From the NCBI GenBank assembly GCA_036918135.1, contig JBALDB010000032.1, forward strand, positions 64,001 through 128,000: a DNA stretch of 64,000 nt, written 5' to 3'. How positions within the stretch are numbered: position 1 is the first letter of the stretch; every line of letters begins with the position of its first letter. Of the stretch, positions 1 to 10,293 are shown piece by piece. The translations under genes and the position numbers were made by a program. This DNA is from Nostoc sp. (GTDB lineage Bacteria > Cyanobacteriota > Cyanobacteriia > Cyanobacteriales > Nostocaceae). Below the pieces are notes generated by a model. It saw nothing but the letters and a program-made list of their open reading frames with translations, had not been told where the DNA came from and searched no databases.

Positions 1-1
1 T

Positions 2-271
2 GTAGCAACTGCTGTCCCAACATCTGGCACACTAGTGGCATTAAGTCAACAAACCACCACAGCAAACATTTCAGATGTGACGGGGGATAACATTCTTTCT
101 TATAATTTGAGAGTGCCTCCTTACTTATTGCAAGGAAATCTTCAAGATATTCGCACACGCGGTTTACGACTTGAAGACTTTGTACCTAATGCAGAAACCC
201 TGCAACTGACAACGAGAACTTGGGAAAGTTATCTCATTGAAATTTACAGGTTCTTGCGTGTTCAGCGGTAA
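2..271 (+). CDS. 3' end of a CDS entering from the left edge, function unknown
   Basis: The frame of ORF 35..271 is open back to position 2 (VATAVPTSGTLVALSQQ...RFLRVQR*). Confidence 0.5.
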   Translation, partial: VATAVPTSGTLVALSQQTTTANISDVTGDNILSYNLRVPPYLLQGNLQDIRTRGLRLEDFVPNAETLQLTTRTWESYLIEIYRFLRVQR

Positions 272-345
272 GAAAGTAAAAAAGAAATACTCAAAAGGCC
301 GCAATCCACATTCTAGTAACGTTTTTGAGAAGTCAAAAATTAAAA

Positions 346-487
346 GGAGCCACTGCAGTGAGGCAGCCCTCTGATTGACGGTTTCCGTCGTTAGCGCAAG
401 CGGTAGCGAGGAACGAGCTTCTGGGGGACTGCTCAACCCAAAGGGTCTTGGGGTTTCCCCCATGAGCAACTGCCGTCAAGTGGCTCT
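346..487. repeat. Composite REP/small dispersed repeat element
   Basis: Ends GGAGCCACT...AGTGGCTCT are inverted. GC-rich internal palindromes; related motifs at ~5007, ~7020 and ~60430. Confidence 0.55.
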
Positions 488-630
488 CAAAAGTCAAAAA
501 GCTGACTTTATTAGCTTTTGGGTAATTTTAAATGGTTGATTGACTTTTGTTGTAGTGTACTAGTGGCTGGATTAATTGCCTTGGGGGAGTCGCAGTTAAT
601 CTTGGATGATAAAGTTGCAAAATTGCTTTA

Positions 631-2382
631 ATGGCAAAATCTCGAAGACTCGCTAAACTTGGTGCTTACCTTCGACCCCATTGGCGGGAAGTGTCTTTAG
701 GCATTCTCGCTTTGTTGTCTGTTAATGCCTTGGGTGTTTATATCCCTTGGTTGATTCGGGATGGTGTTGACAAACTATCAGCAACCTTCACCTGGAATCA
801 AATACTACATTACGTAGTTATTATTGTATTGCTCAGTTCAGCAATGTGGCTGATGCGTATGGCTTCACGCATTTGGCTATTTGGGGTAGGGCGTCAGGTG
901 GAATTTGACCTCAAACAACGGATTTTTGAACACTTACTCAGGCTGGAACCGTCTTATTTTGCCAGTAATACTGCTGGTGATTTGATTAATCGGGCTACCA
1001 GCGATGTGGACAATATCAGACGGTTGTTGGGTTTTGCTGTCTTGAGTTTGGCAAATACAGTTTTTGCCTATGCTTTGACACTGCCAGTAATGCTAGCGAT
1101 TAGTGTGGATCTGACGCTAGCCTCTTTGGCAGTGTACCCCTTTATGTTCTTATTAGTGAGTTTGTTTAGCGATCGCTTACGCAAACAACAAGCAGTAGTT
1201 CAAGAGCAACTGTCTGAAATTAGCGAACTCATCCAAGAAGATATCAGTGGTATTGCTTTAATTAAAATTTATGCCCAAGAAGCAAACGAACGCCGAGCTT
1301 TTGCCAAGAAAAATCAGCAGCTATTGGCTGCTAATTTGGAACTGGCAAAAAGTCGAAATACGCTATTTCCGTTAATTGGCGGTCTAGCTAATGTTAGTTC
1401 GCTGGTAATTATCTGGCTAGGCGCGGGGCGAATGTCTTCCGGGACGCTTGCAGTTGGTGACTTTTTAGCACTGTTAATTTATGTGGAGCGTTTAGTTTTC
1501 CCCACTGCTCTTTTAGGGTTCACAATTACCACCTACCAACGAGGTGAAGTTAGTATCGACCGACTTGAATCTATTCTCAGTGTTACACCGAAAATTCAAG
1601 ACACAGCCGATGCAGTACATTTAACAGTGGATAAACTTAAAGGAGAACTGACGGCTAAAAATCTCAGCCACACTTATCCTGGTTCTACTACTCCAGCTCT
1701 AGTAAATGTTAACTTTACCATTGTTCCCGGAGAAACCGTGGCAATTGTTGGGGCAATTGGTTCGGGCAAATCTACTTTAGCCAATGCTTTGCCGCGTTTG
1801 TTGGATATTGAATCAGGACAATTGTTTTTAGATGGGCAAGATATTACTAAGATAGCCTTGGCAGATTTACGAAGTGCGATCGCCTACGTTCCTCAAGATA
1901 GTTTTCTCTTTAGTACCACAATCAAAAATAATATCCGCTACGGTGACCCAGTTAGCGAACAAGAAAAGGTAGAATCTGTAGCCAAACTAGCCCAAATTGA
2001 TACAGAAATTCATAATTTTCCCCAGCAATACGAAACTATTGTTGGCGAACGTGGCATTACTCTTTCTGGCGGTCAACGCCAACGCACTGCCTTAGCTAGA
2101 GCTATGCTAGTCGATGCACCAGTATTAATTTTAGATGATGCCCTCTCCAGTGTAGATAATCAAACAGCTACACAAATTCTCAAAAATCTCTCCACTGGTA
2201 CACAGCGGAAGACAGTAATTTTTATTACTCACCAATTATCTGCTGCTGCTGCTGCTGACCGAATTTTTGTTATGGAAAAAGGAGAAATCGTTCAGATGGG
2301 AAATCATTTAGAACTTGTACAACAACAGGGTCTTTACAGAAGTTTGTGGAGCCAGCATCAAGTTGAGGAATTACTACATTAA
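631..2382 (+). CDS. ABC exporter, fused permease/ATP-binding (MdlA/MsbA-like)
   Basis: N-terminal TM domain, Walker A GAIGSGKS, signature LSGGQRQR, Walker B ILDD. Confidence 0.95.
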   Translation: MAKSRRLAKLGAYLRPHWREVSLGILALLSVNALGVYIPWLIRDGVDKLSATFTWNQILHYVVIIVLLSSAMWLMRMASRIWLFGVGRQVEFDLKQRIFEHLLRLEPSYFASNTAGDLINRATSDVDNIRRLLGFAVLSLANTVFAYALTLPVMLAISVDLTLASLAVYPFMFLLVSLFSDRLRKQQAVVQEQLSEISELIQEDISGIALIKIYAQEANERRAFAKKNQQLLAANLELAKSRNTLFPLIGGLANVSSLVIIWLGAGRMSSGTLAVGDFLALLIYVERLVFPTALLGFTITTYQRGEVSIDRLESILSVTPKIQDTADAVHLTVDKLKGELTAKNLSHTYPGSTTPALVNVNFTIVPGETVAIVGAIGSGKSTLANALPRLLDIESGQLFLDGQDITKIALADLRSAIAYVPQDSFLFSTTIKNNIRYGDPVSEQEKVESVAKLAQIDTEIHNFPQQYETIVGERGITLSGGQRQRTALARAMLVDAPVLILDDALSSVDNQTATQILKNLSTGTQRKTVIFITHQLSAAAAADRIFVMEKGEIVQMGNHLELVQQQGLYRSLWSQHQVEELLH

Positions 2383-2472
2383 AAATAAGAATTTATAATT
2401 GAGAATACAGAATCAATTAGTGGTAGCTGTTGACTGTTAACAGTTGACACTCAACAGTTAACGGTCAATAAC

Positions 2473-3288
2473 ATGGGTAGCAAGATTTCACTTTCCCATT
2501 TAGTACTACTATGTGTATGTTTATTCTTATTTTTGATGATTGCTTTGTTTAAAATGCTTGGGATACAGGTTGAAACAACTTCCCTGCAAGTAGCCGAAGA
2601 ACAGTCAATAAAAGTTTTATTTATTGGCAACAGCTATACATATTTTAATGACCTCCCTTGGTTAACACAACAACTAGCTGAGTCGGCAAAAGAAACCAAA
2701 ACCCTTAAAAATGAAATGGTTGTAGTGGGTGGAGCTACACTAAAAAGTCACTGGAAACGCGGTGAAGCACTCAAGCTGATAAAAGCTAAACGCTGGGATT
2801 ACGTAGTACTGCAAGAGCAGAGTATTTTACCCATTACCGATCCCCAGGAAATGTATGAGTACGCTAATCTGTTTGATGCCGAGATTAAGCAAGTTAATTC
2901 TCGAACTGTATTTTACCTAACTTGGGCAAAGCAAAATCAACCAGAAACGCAAGAGATATTGACCAATTCATACATGAGCATTGCTAAAAAACTCAATGCT
3001 AAAGTTGCACCTGTGGGAATTGTTTGGCAAAAAGTTCGAGAAGCAAATCCGAAATTAAATCTTTATAGTTCTGATGGAAGTCATCCTAGTCCTATTGGCT
3101 CGTATGTCGCAGCATGTGTCTTTTATGCAACTTTTTACGAAAATAGTCCCGTAGGTTTGAGCCGTCGCATATATAGTACTAATTCTACTAATCCACAAAA
3201 AAACAACAGAATTGAGTTAGAAAGTTTAAGTAAAACAGATGCCCAAATAATTCAAAATTTGGTTGATAAGATTGTCATAAAAATCTAG
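2473..3288 (+). CDS. SGNH/GDSL hydrolase family protein, N-terminally anchored
   Basis: FIGNSYT block I, WDYVVLQEQS, DGSHP catalytic motif. Confidence 0.85.
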   Translation: MGSKISLSHLVLLCVCLFLFLMIALFKMLGIQVETTSLQVAEEQSIKVLFIGNSYTYFNDLPWLTQQLAESAKETKTLKNEMVVVGGATLKSHWKRGEALKLIKAKRWDYVVLQEQSILPITDPQEMYEYANLFDAEIKQVNSRTVFYLTWAKQNQPETQEILTNSYMSIAKKLNAKVAPVGIVWQKVREANPKLNLYSSDGSHPSPIGSYVAACVFYATFYENSPVGLSRRIYSTNSTNPQKNNRIELESLSKTDAQIIQNLVDKIVIKI

Positions 3289-3343
3289 AAAAAACTTTTT
3301 TGATATCCTTGATGAAGTGAGTTATAAAAAAATTTATATTTTT

Positions 3344-4048
3344 TTACTTTGAGTGAGGTTGTCTTTGGGCATAATTGCACTTGGTTGAAAGAGGACAATC
3401 ATTACAAAGAGGATTTTGTGCCTTGCAAACCATCGCTCCAAAATCTAGCAAGGTTAAATTCCATTTACCAACTTTCTTATCGGGAGCAATTATTTCTGCT
3501 GCACCCCAAAGAATTTTACAGCGCGATTTCACTCTTTCTCCTTGCAAGCCAAAGAAGCGTTCGAGGATGCGAGCTACGTTAGTATCGAGTACGGCTAGCG
3601 GTTGATTGAAGGCTTGAGAACAGATAGCACGAGCTGTATATTTACCAATTCCAGGTAATTCAAGCAACTGCTTTTCTGAATTGGGGATTTTTCCTCCATA
3701 CTGCTCTAAAATGATGCGAGCACACTTTTGTAATCTTTCAGCGCGGAAGAAAAGGCCCAAAGGCTCAAGTAATTCGCTCAATTCATTAATGCTTGCTTTT
3801 ACTAGTTGCTCAAGCGTTGGATATTTAAAGAGAAATGTATTGTAGATAGGAACAACCGTAACTGCATCTGTTTTTTGCAACAAATGTTCTGCAACAAGAA
3901 TTGCGTAAGAATCGCAAGTCTGCCGCCAAGGAAAATTGCGTAAATTTTGTGTTTCCCATATAGACAGACGGTGGCGAAACCATTTAATTTTTTCAGCACC
4001 CAAATTTGAGGCTGCGTTTTCTTGAGGTTCTTTAGCCGCACTCTTCAC
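3344..4048 (-). CDS. HhH-GPD DNA glycosylase with [4Fe-4S] cluster (short MutY/MIG-like)
   Basis: FPWR, HhH LPGIGKYTA, catalytic LDTN, C-x6-C-x2-C-x5-C cluster motif; no MutY C-terminal domain. Confidence 0.9.
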   Translation of the reverse strand: MKSAAKEPQENAASNLGAEKIKWFRHRLSIWETQNLRNFPWRQTCDSYAILVAEHLLQKTDAVTVVPIYNTFLFKYPTLEQLVKASINELSELLEPLGLFFRAERLQKCARIILEQYGGKIPNSEKQLLELPGIGKYTARAICSQAFNQPLAVLDTNVARILERFFGLQGERVKSRCKILWGAAEIIAPDKKVGKWNLTLLDFGAMVCKAQNPLCNDCPLSTKCNYAQRQPHSK

Positions 4049-4270
4049 GATTGTTTATCTCAACTTAAATCTAGCAGATGATTGATTAGCGATCGCCTCT
4101 TAAATGCACTTTTAGTAATTATTAATACATTCATATCCAAGATACTGTAACCACTACTGAAACTTTACATAACTTTATAAAGTTCAGATGATTTATCGTT
4201 ATTATCACGTTAGTTTTTTGGGTTAGGTGGGTAGTATAAATTACCGAAAAACCTAATTTACTATCTAGCT

Positions 4271-4942
4271 ATGTTCAAAACTAAATTATCACCATTCCGT
4301 GCTACACGAGAATTTTATATCTCTAAGGTAGTCGATCGCCATATTGGAGCGATCGCAGCTTTAATTTTAATTAGCTTGCTCAGTTCGTGGAGTGGAACAC
4401 CAGCCATTCGCGCCATCTCTAATTCTTGGGAAGGTTTTCTCTGGGGAGTAGCAGATCCAGTCATTAGCTCAAAATGTTTAGTTGGTATTATTACTATTGG
4501 CTTACTATCAGCTATATTTGCTCGTGGCGCTTTGATAGTTGGATGTTTTGTCTTAGCAGCAGTTTTGGGTATTGTAATTCATTTATTCCAGCTAAATTTA
4601 CCAGGCACAGAAATAGCGTTGGCAATTTCTACTATCGTCTTAAGCATAATGTTGATAATGCCAAATCAAGCAAACTTTATAGTAGTTGCTTTAGCGAGTG
4701 TTAGTGTTGGTTTATTTCAAGGTTACACTCACGGACAATCGATAGTTGAAATACAAGTAATACCATTAATTATGTATATACTAAGTATGATATTAACTCA
4801 GCTTGCAGTTGCCATAAGTGTTAGACAAATTGGTAATGCAATGGGGATAGGTGAAACCAATCGAATTTTACCCTGGAAAATCAGTATTGCTGGCTTGTCT
4901 TTGTGTGCGATCGCCATCGTGTTTTTGAGCAATTCGATTTAG
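4271..4942 (+). CDS. HupE/UreJ-family membrane protein (degenerate His motifs)
   Basis: Multiple TM helices; GFLWGVADPV and GLFQGYTHG resemble HupE/UreJ motifs. Confidence 0.65.
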   Translation: MFKTKLSPFRATREFYISKVVDRHIGAIAALILISLLSSWSGTPAIRAISNSWEGFLWGVADPVISSKCLVGIITIGLLSAIFARGALIVGCFVLAAVLGIVIHLFQLNLPGTEIALAISTIVLSIMLIMPNQANFIVVALASVSVGLFQGYTHGQSIVEIQVIPLIMYILSMILTQLAVAISVRQIGNAMGIGETNRILPWKISIAGLSLCAIAIVFLSNSI

Positions 4943-4959
4943 ACAGTCGAATATTTTAC

Positions 4960-5132
4960 TTTAGGCAGTGACAAATAAAATAATATCCCACTGTTCGCAG
5001 TCAACAGGAGCCAGTCTGCTGTGGGGTTCCCTGAGTTGTACCGCTAACGCCAAATCATAGGGTAGCAACTGGTTCTCATCGGTCATCAGCCATCAACTTC
5101 AAATGGGATAATTTATTTCTGAGATTTCCCTC
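4960..5132. mobile_element. MITE-like element with nested palindromic repeat and short insert
   Basis: Colinear in reverse complement with 60380-60545; copies lacking the nested part at ~59270-59330 and ~59377-59462. Confidence 0.55.
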
Positions 5133-5837
5133 AATAAAATACAGTTATTCGTAGGGATGCACAGCTAACGTGTGTATCCCTATCACTTATTTCTTCAATG
5201 AGTACAAGTAATTAAGAATTATTTGCAAATACATATATAGTTATCCTTCAACTGCATAGCGTTTTGAGTAAAGAAAATTTAGACTGATTAATTTTGCGAG
5301 CAATAGCGATCGCCATTAATAAAAGTAATAAAATTAATAGTCTTACCAAAATCCTCTTCAGTTGTACTGAAAGATAAAAGGTAAATTGCAATTCTCAAAA
5401 TTGATAATTAGTACTTAAATAAATCCTGATTTATTGTCTTTGATAAATTGTTGGACGAAACGTTAAATAACAAGTGTATAATTACTTGGACTTAATGAAA
5501 CTATATACTTAGTTTAATTAAAAGTATCCATTTTAACTATATACTTACTTAAATTTAGTAAAATCTCTCAGGAGAATATAACCAGATTGATTAAAATATT
5601 TTTTAAAGAAGTATTTTTATATATAATTAACTATTTTAAATATCTAATTTAGAAGATTGATTAAAAAATGTAATTCATTAAGTACCTAAACACAACATAG
5701 GGTAGATGCATCAAGCAACAAAATCACACATATTATCGGAATAACAGTATTATCTAATGTTGGTACTGAAATTAATTATTTCAATTTAAATTAGGAATTT
5801 TACTAAGATGCTCTCTCAAAATTAGGGTGGTAAAGAA

Positions 5838-6137
5838 ATGATTTCAACCGGAGTTGAAGTAAAAATAAATCGCTTGGAATCTATTGTCGAACAAATTGGG
5901 GAAGCTGTACTTTTAACTACTGAGGCAATTGAACGTCTTGCGGAAAGATTGGAGACTGTCAGCACACAACTCGAAGTACAGGGACAGCAGGTGCAGCAAC
6001 AAGGCTATCAAATTGTTGCTTTATGTGATGCAGTACAAACTCTTGCCGAATCTCAGCATAATTCACTGCAAAAACTTAACGACTTGACACAAACTCTAGA
6101 TAGATTTATGGGCTTAATTCAAGGAGCGGGTGATTAA
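5838..6137 (+). CDS. Small coiled-coil hypothetical protein
   Basis: 99-aa ORF with heptad pattern in an otherwise AT-rich region. Confidence 0.7.
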   Translation: MISTGVEVKINRLESIVEQIGEAVLLTTEAIERLAERLETVSTQLEVQGQQVQQQGYQIVALCDAVQTLAESQHNSLQKLNDLTQTLDRFMGLIQGAGD

Positions 6138-6197
6138 AAAGTAAAAAGAACTATCAACTTAATCTTTCTTTTACCTTGTGACTGCTTTTGCTTTGTG

Positions 6198-6875
6198 TCA
6201 AACTCTTAATTTAGTTACAGCAATATTACCAGAAAAACACACATCTACATCGCTACCAGGAGTGCGATCGCGTTTACTATATTCCCCAACATAATAAAAA
6301 TCATTACCCTCAATCCGATAATTGACGGGTAAAGGTTTGATACACGGTTGGCAAAACACCACCTCAGGATCTCGTTCTCCTGGTTGCTGATGTGGCAAGT
6401 TTACATTCCAGAAGCTTCCTGGTTCCAAAGGACGCTTGAGTAAGTCCGCTAAAACTTCAGTTGTCAATTTTGCGGCTAAATCCCAATCGAAATTTTGCTT
6501 GGCTTTGCGATAGTGGGAAATAGCAATTCCAGGAATACCGTGCATTGCAGCTTCTCGCACAGCTGCAACTGTACCAGAAATGTAGGTATCAACTCCCAAG
6601 TTACCCCCAGCATTGATACCTGAAAGTACGTATTTGACATCCGCAGTAATTTGTGTTAAGGCAATTCTTACACAATCAGCGGGAGTGCCAGCGATCGCAT
6701 ATTCAGTTTCAGAACGTCGCTGGAGTTTGATAGCACGAGTGGTGGTGACTTGATGTCCACAGCCGGACTGATGCTCAGCAGGAGCTGCAACAATAGCATT
6801 TTTGCCTACAGCTTTGACCAGCGCTCGGATACCAGGGGCGTCTATGCCGTCATCGTTAGTTAAAATTATGGTCAT
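6198..6875 (-). CDS. surE: 5'/3'-nucleotidase SurE
   Basis: ILTNDDGIDAPG, GTPADCV, SGINAGGN, SGTVAA motifs; start taken at MTIILTNDD. Confidence 0.93.
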   Translation of the reverse strand: MTIILTNDDGIDAPGIRALVKAVGKNAIVAAPAEHQSGCGHQVTTTRAIKLQRRSETEYAIAGTPADCVRIALTQITADVKYVLSGINAGGNLGVDTYISGTVAAVREAAMHGIPGIAISHYRKAKQNFDWDLAAKLTTEVLADLLKRPLEPGSFWNVNLPHQQPGERDPEVVFCQPCIKPLPVNYRIEGNDFYYVGEYSKRDRTPGSDVDVCFSGNIAVTKLRV

Positions 6876-6923
6876 GTATTTATATTGATATAAATTTAAC
6901 TTAAACAATTTCTCGAAAAATTA

Positions 6924-7236
6924 TTGGCATTGCCGAATTAAAATGTGAAATGCAAAAATTACACTTCTTTAATTGGCATTGCATAAATGCAGGATAATTA
7001 TTACAGATTTTTCTTTACACGCCAGTTGCTACCCTCCGAAAACCGCCTTCGGCGGCGTATACAAGTCTCTGTGTTAGTGCCTGCCTTGTCTTCGTGATGG
7101 CACTCGCTCATGGGGAGCCAGTCCGTTGCAGGAGTTCTTGCCATTGTCAGAACTGCGTGGAAAGACTGTGTTCTGGGCGTTGCCTTGCCTTTTTTTGCTT
7201 GCAACTAAATTGATAATTTCCATACAGCAATGCCAA
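6924..7236. repeat. MITE-like element with nested REP-like repeats
   Basis: TTGGCATTGC...GCAATGCCAA inverted ends; GC-rich GCCAGTTGCTACCCT... composite inside (7018-7162). Confidence 0.45.
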
Positions 7237-7622
7237 ATTCTTTTTCTAGTCAAAAATAAAAAATGCAGATATCACCCTTCAATCGGTGTAGCAGCTACTA
7301 CTTGCAGATATGAAAAAAATAACGTTGATTATACCAAAAATATCCATAATACGATATCATTTCTAGATGGTTTGCAAATTCCGCCCTCAGCATTTGGGTT
7401 AATTCCCGAAAGGGCGGTATTTCTTGTAAGTAATCGGTGGGTTAGCCTCAAGTTTGATGCTTCTAGTCCTCTGCAAAACAAATTTGTGCAATAAAAAATC
7501 CTGTAAAATATATATCTGCTGGCAGTAGCAGAAGCTTCGTTATTGGACAAAACTCGGAACTAGGTGATTTTTACAGTAGTTCTATAGTATTTTTGGTGCA
7601 AACCCGTCTGAGAGTTAATACG

Positions 7623-8360
7623 ATGAAACATCTCCTCAAACAAGTATTTAGCAATCCAAAAGATTTTATCCGGTTAATTTTACCATTGGTGACGGTTACT
7701 TTAGCAGCTTTACTGTTTACCGCACCTGCTTTAGCCACGGGTGTGTATCAAATACCTAACCTCACATCAGGGAATGACACCTGGGTTTTAGATCAAGGTG
7801 ACGTGATCAGTCGTGTGAATGAAGGTAAGATTACCAGCGCTTTCGAGGATTTGGCAAAGCAAACTGGAAATGAAGTCAGAATCGTTACTATTCGCCATTT
7901 TGATTACGGGGAAACACCGGAAAGTTTTACTAAAGAACTGTTTGAAAAATGGTTTCCAACGAAACAAGCCCAAGCTAATCAAACTTTATTAGTTCTTGAC
8001 ACAGCCACTAACGGCACCGCCATTATCACTGGGGATCGGGTTAAGTCTTTGCTCACAGACTCTATTGCCGAGAGTGTAGCTAATGACACCTTGAGTGTAC
8101 CCTTAAGAAAAGGTAATAAATACAACCAAGCGTTTACAGATACTAGCGATCGCCTCGTAGCAGTCCTTTCAGGCAAGCCCGATCCCGGCCCGCCCGAAGT
8201 AGCTGATAATGTGCAGGTAGAAGGTACCTTCAAGAAAGCAGAGGAAACTGACCAAGGTAGCGCTACTGCTTGGGTAATAGGATTGTTAATTGCCGCCACC
8301 ATTATTCCAATGGCGACTTATTACATTTATCTAATAAATCAGCCATCATCTAATGGGTAG
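7623..8360 (+). CDS. psb32: Photosystem II repair protein Psb32 (TPM domain)
   Basis: Signal peptide ending PALA, TPM domain (WVLDQGDVISR...KYNQAF), C-terminal TM LLIAATIIPMATYY; start taken at MKHLL. Confidence 0.85.
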   Translation: MKHLLKQVFSNPKDFIRLILPLVTVTLAALLFTAPALATGVYQIPNLTSGNDTWVLDQGDVISRVNEGKITSAFEDLAKQTGNEVRIVTIRHFDYGETPESFTKELFEKWFPTKQAQANQTLLVLDTATNGTAIITGDRVKSLLTDSIAESVANDTLSVPLRKGNKYNQAFTDTSDRLVAVLSGKPDPGPPEVADNVQVEGTFKKAEETDQGSATAWVIGLLIAATIIPMATYYIYLINQPSSNG

Positions 8361-8439
8361 TGCGAGAGTTAGGAGTTTTGAGTTAGGAGTTAGGATTTTT
8401 GACTCCTCACTCTTAACTTTTAACTCCTCAGTTTATACT

Positions 8440-8841
8440 TTAATCTTGAATATACTCTTGTTCTGTAACTAAAGCCACTTCAGCCCGGACAAATTCTCGA
8501 CCTAAATAAGCTGCATGATTTAATTGAGTAACAGGAGGGGGTTGAGTTTCCTCAAAGATTTTCACGCAAAGTTCTTTCGCTGTTCTGCCATTAAAAACTG
8601 TGGTATGAGTTCGTTCTACCTTTTCTCGTGCGGGAATTACTTTTCCCGTTTCTGGATCGACTGCTAAACCACGCTCATCAATCACATTTGTAAAATGCTT
8701 GGCATAAATTAACCCTGCGTCCCTATCCAAATAAATAATGAAATATCCACCAGGATCGAGGTCAATATGACGCCGAGAAAGTTGCTCGTCAATTACTGCT
8801 AAATCTTTAACCATTAAATCGGTAAGCATTATCAAAAGCAA
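8440..8841 (-). CDS. DUF4346-type protein
   Basis: LDPGGYFIIYLD and HAAYLGREFVRAE...YIQD motifs. Confidence 0.8.
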   Translation of the reverse strand: MLLIMLTDLMVKDLAVIDEQLSRRHIDLDPGGYFIIYLDRDAGLIYAKHFTNVIDERGLAVDPETGKVIPAREKVERTHTTVFNGRTAKELCVKIFEETQPPPVTQLNHAAYLGREFVRAEVALVTEQEYIQD

Positions 8842-8989
8842 ATTTTTTTCTTAAGAGTTTTTACACTCTATCTCAAGTGTAATTCGTTGTTGAGTCTCTA
8901 AGTTGTAAGTAGAAAGTAGAGAAAATCCTACTTTCATACTTGGTGGTATACAAAGTTCATTGAGACGGACTTTGAATTATTTAAGAATC

Positions 8990-10165
8990 TCATCGGTTAC
9001 TAAATGGCAACTCTGCATTAATTGCCTCAATCTCTTGCTGTTGGAGTTGATTTACTTCTTTAAGATAGGGGCGTATAATTTGTCCTAAACGATTATTGTA
9101 AAAGCGGTGCAGACTGTGATTAGGCATAGCTGGGAAACCGCGCCGTTTTTTGTGGCGTCCACCAGCGCCAGGGTCAAAAATTTGGATTCCGTTAGCGATC
9201 GCCCACTCAATCGGCGCATAATAGCAAGCATCAAAATGCAAGCAATCTATTTCTTGAAAACTGCCCCAATAGCGTCCATAGAGTTTGTCAGCTTTAAACA
9301 AACAAAAAGACATTCCTAAAGCATGAGAATTATCTTGCTCGCTATATGCAGCAAATAATAAAACTCGATGGCGATAATCAGTCTGTAGCTGCTCAAAAAA
9401 CCGTTGTGTGAGATACTTGCTACCCCACCAGCCAAATTTATCACAGGTATCAGCATAAAACTGATACATCAAACGAAAGCTAGACTGAGAAATTTCATTC
9501 CCAGTTAACGGCTGCAATCGTAAACCGGCCTTTTCCACAGCTTTACGTTCCCGCTTGATGTTGCGACGCTGATTGGCGTTAAACACTTGCAAGTAGTCAT
9601 CAAAAGTTTTAAAACCAGAATTTTCCCAGATGTAGCTGTGGTGCAGCCAACTTGTAAAGCCATGCTGTTCTAACACAGGACGCCATTGGGGATCGACGAA
9701 AAGAAAATGACAGCCAGAAATTCGATTTTTAGCACAGAAAGTGTCAATTTCATGCACCATTATTGCTGTAATTTCATTCTCATCTTCTCCTGGAGCAATT
9801 AAAAATCGATAACCTTCAGCGGGGGTAAACGGTGTCATTCCTAGTAGCTTAGGATAATACCGTATACCAATGCGATCGGCTAATTCTGCCCATTGATGAT
9901 CGAAAACAAATTCACCAGAACTATGTCCTTTTAGATAAAGTGGGGCAGCAGCAATGAGTGTTCTATCTCGCCACAATGTCAAATGATTTGGCAACCAACC
10001 AGTTTTAGCCGTAACACTTTGGGAAGTTTCGAGATTATTTAGCCACTCCCACTCTAAAAAAGGCGTTTTGAGTGGCATTGCCAAAGCATTCCAGGCATTT
10101 TTGGATACTTCGGCGATTTTGTCCGTCCAAACAACAGAATAACGGGGCTTGAGTTGTTCCACCAT
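8990..10165 (-). CDS. GNAT-fold FemAB-related protein
   Basis: PLYLKGHSSGEFVFDHQWA, YGRYWG, LHFDACYY, GAGGRHK motifs. Confidence 0.9.
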   Translation of the reverse strand: MVEQLKPRYSVVWTDKIAEVSKNAWNALAMPLKTPFLEWEWLNNLETSQSVTAKTGWLPNHLTLWRDRTLIAAAPLYLKGHSSGEFVFDHQWAELADRIGIRYYPKLLGMTPFTPAEGYRFLIAPGEDENEITAIMVHEIDTFCAKNRISGCHFLFVDPQWRPVLEQHGFTSWLHHSYIWENSGFKTFDDYLQVFNANQRRNIKRERKAVEKAGLRLQPLTGNEISQSSFRLMYQFYADTCDKFGWWGSKYLTQRFFEQLQTDYRHRVLLFAAYSEQDNSHALGMSFCLFKADKLYGRYWGSFQEIDCLHFDACYYAPIEWAIANGIQIFDPGAGGRHKKRRGFPAMPNHSLHRFYNNRLGQIIRPYLKEVNQLQQQEIEAINAELPFSNR

Positions 10166-10293
10166 TGTGTGGGTTGTTAAGCGAGTGGGGATTGGGGACT
10201 GGGGACTGCGGACTGGAGACTGGGTATTGAGTATGAAAAAACTAATCCCTTATCCCTAGTCCCTAAGCCTTAATCCCCAGTCCCTTACTTAGC

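Noticed and set aside
7001..7550. Three short ORFs between surE and psb32
   Set aside because: Largely within repeat sequence, mutually overlapping and without recognisable motifs.
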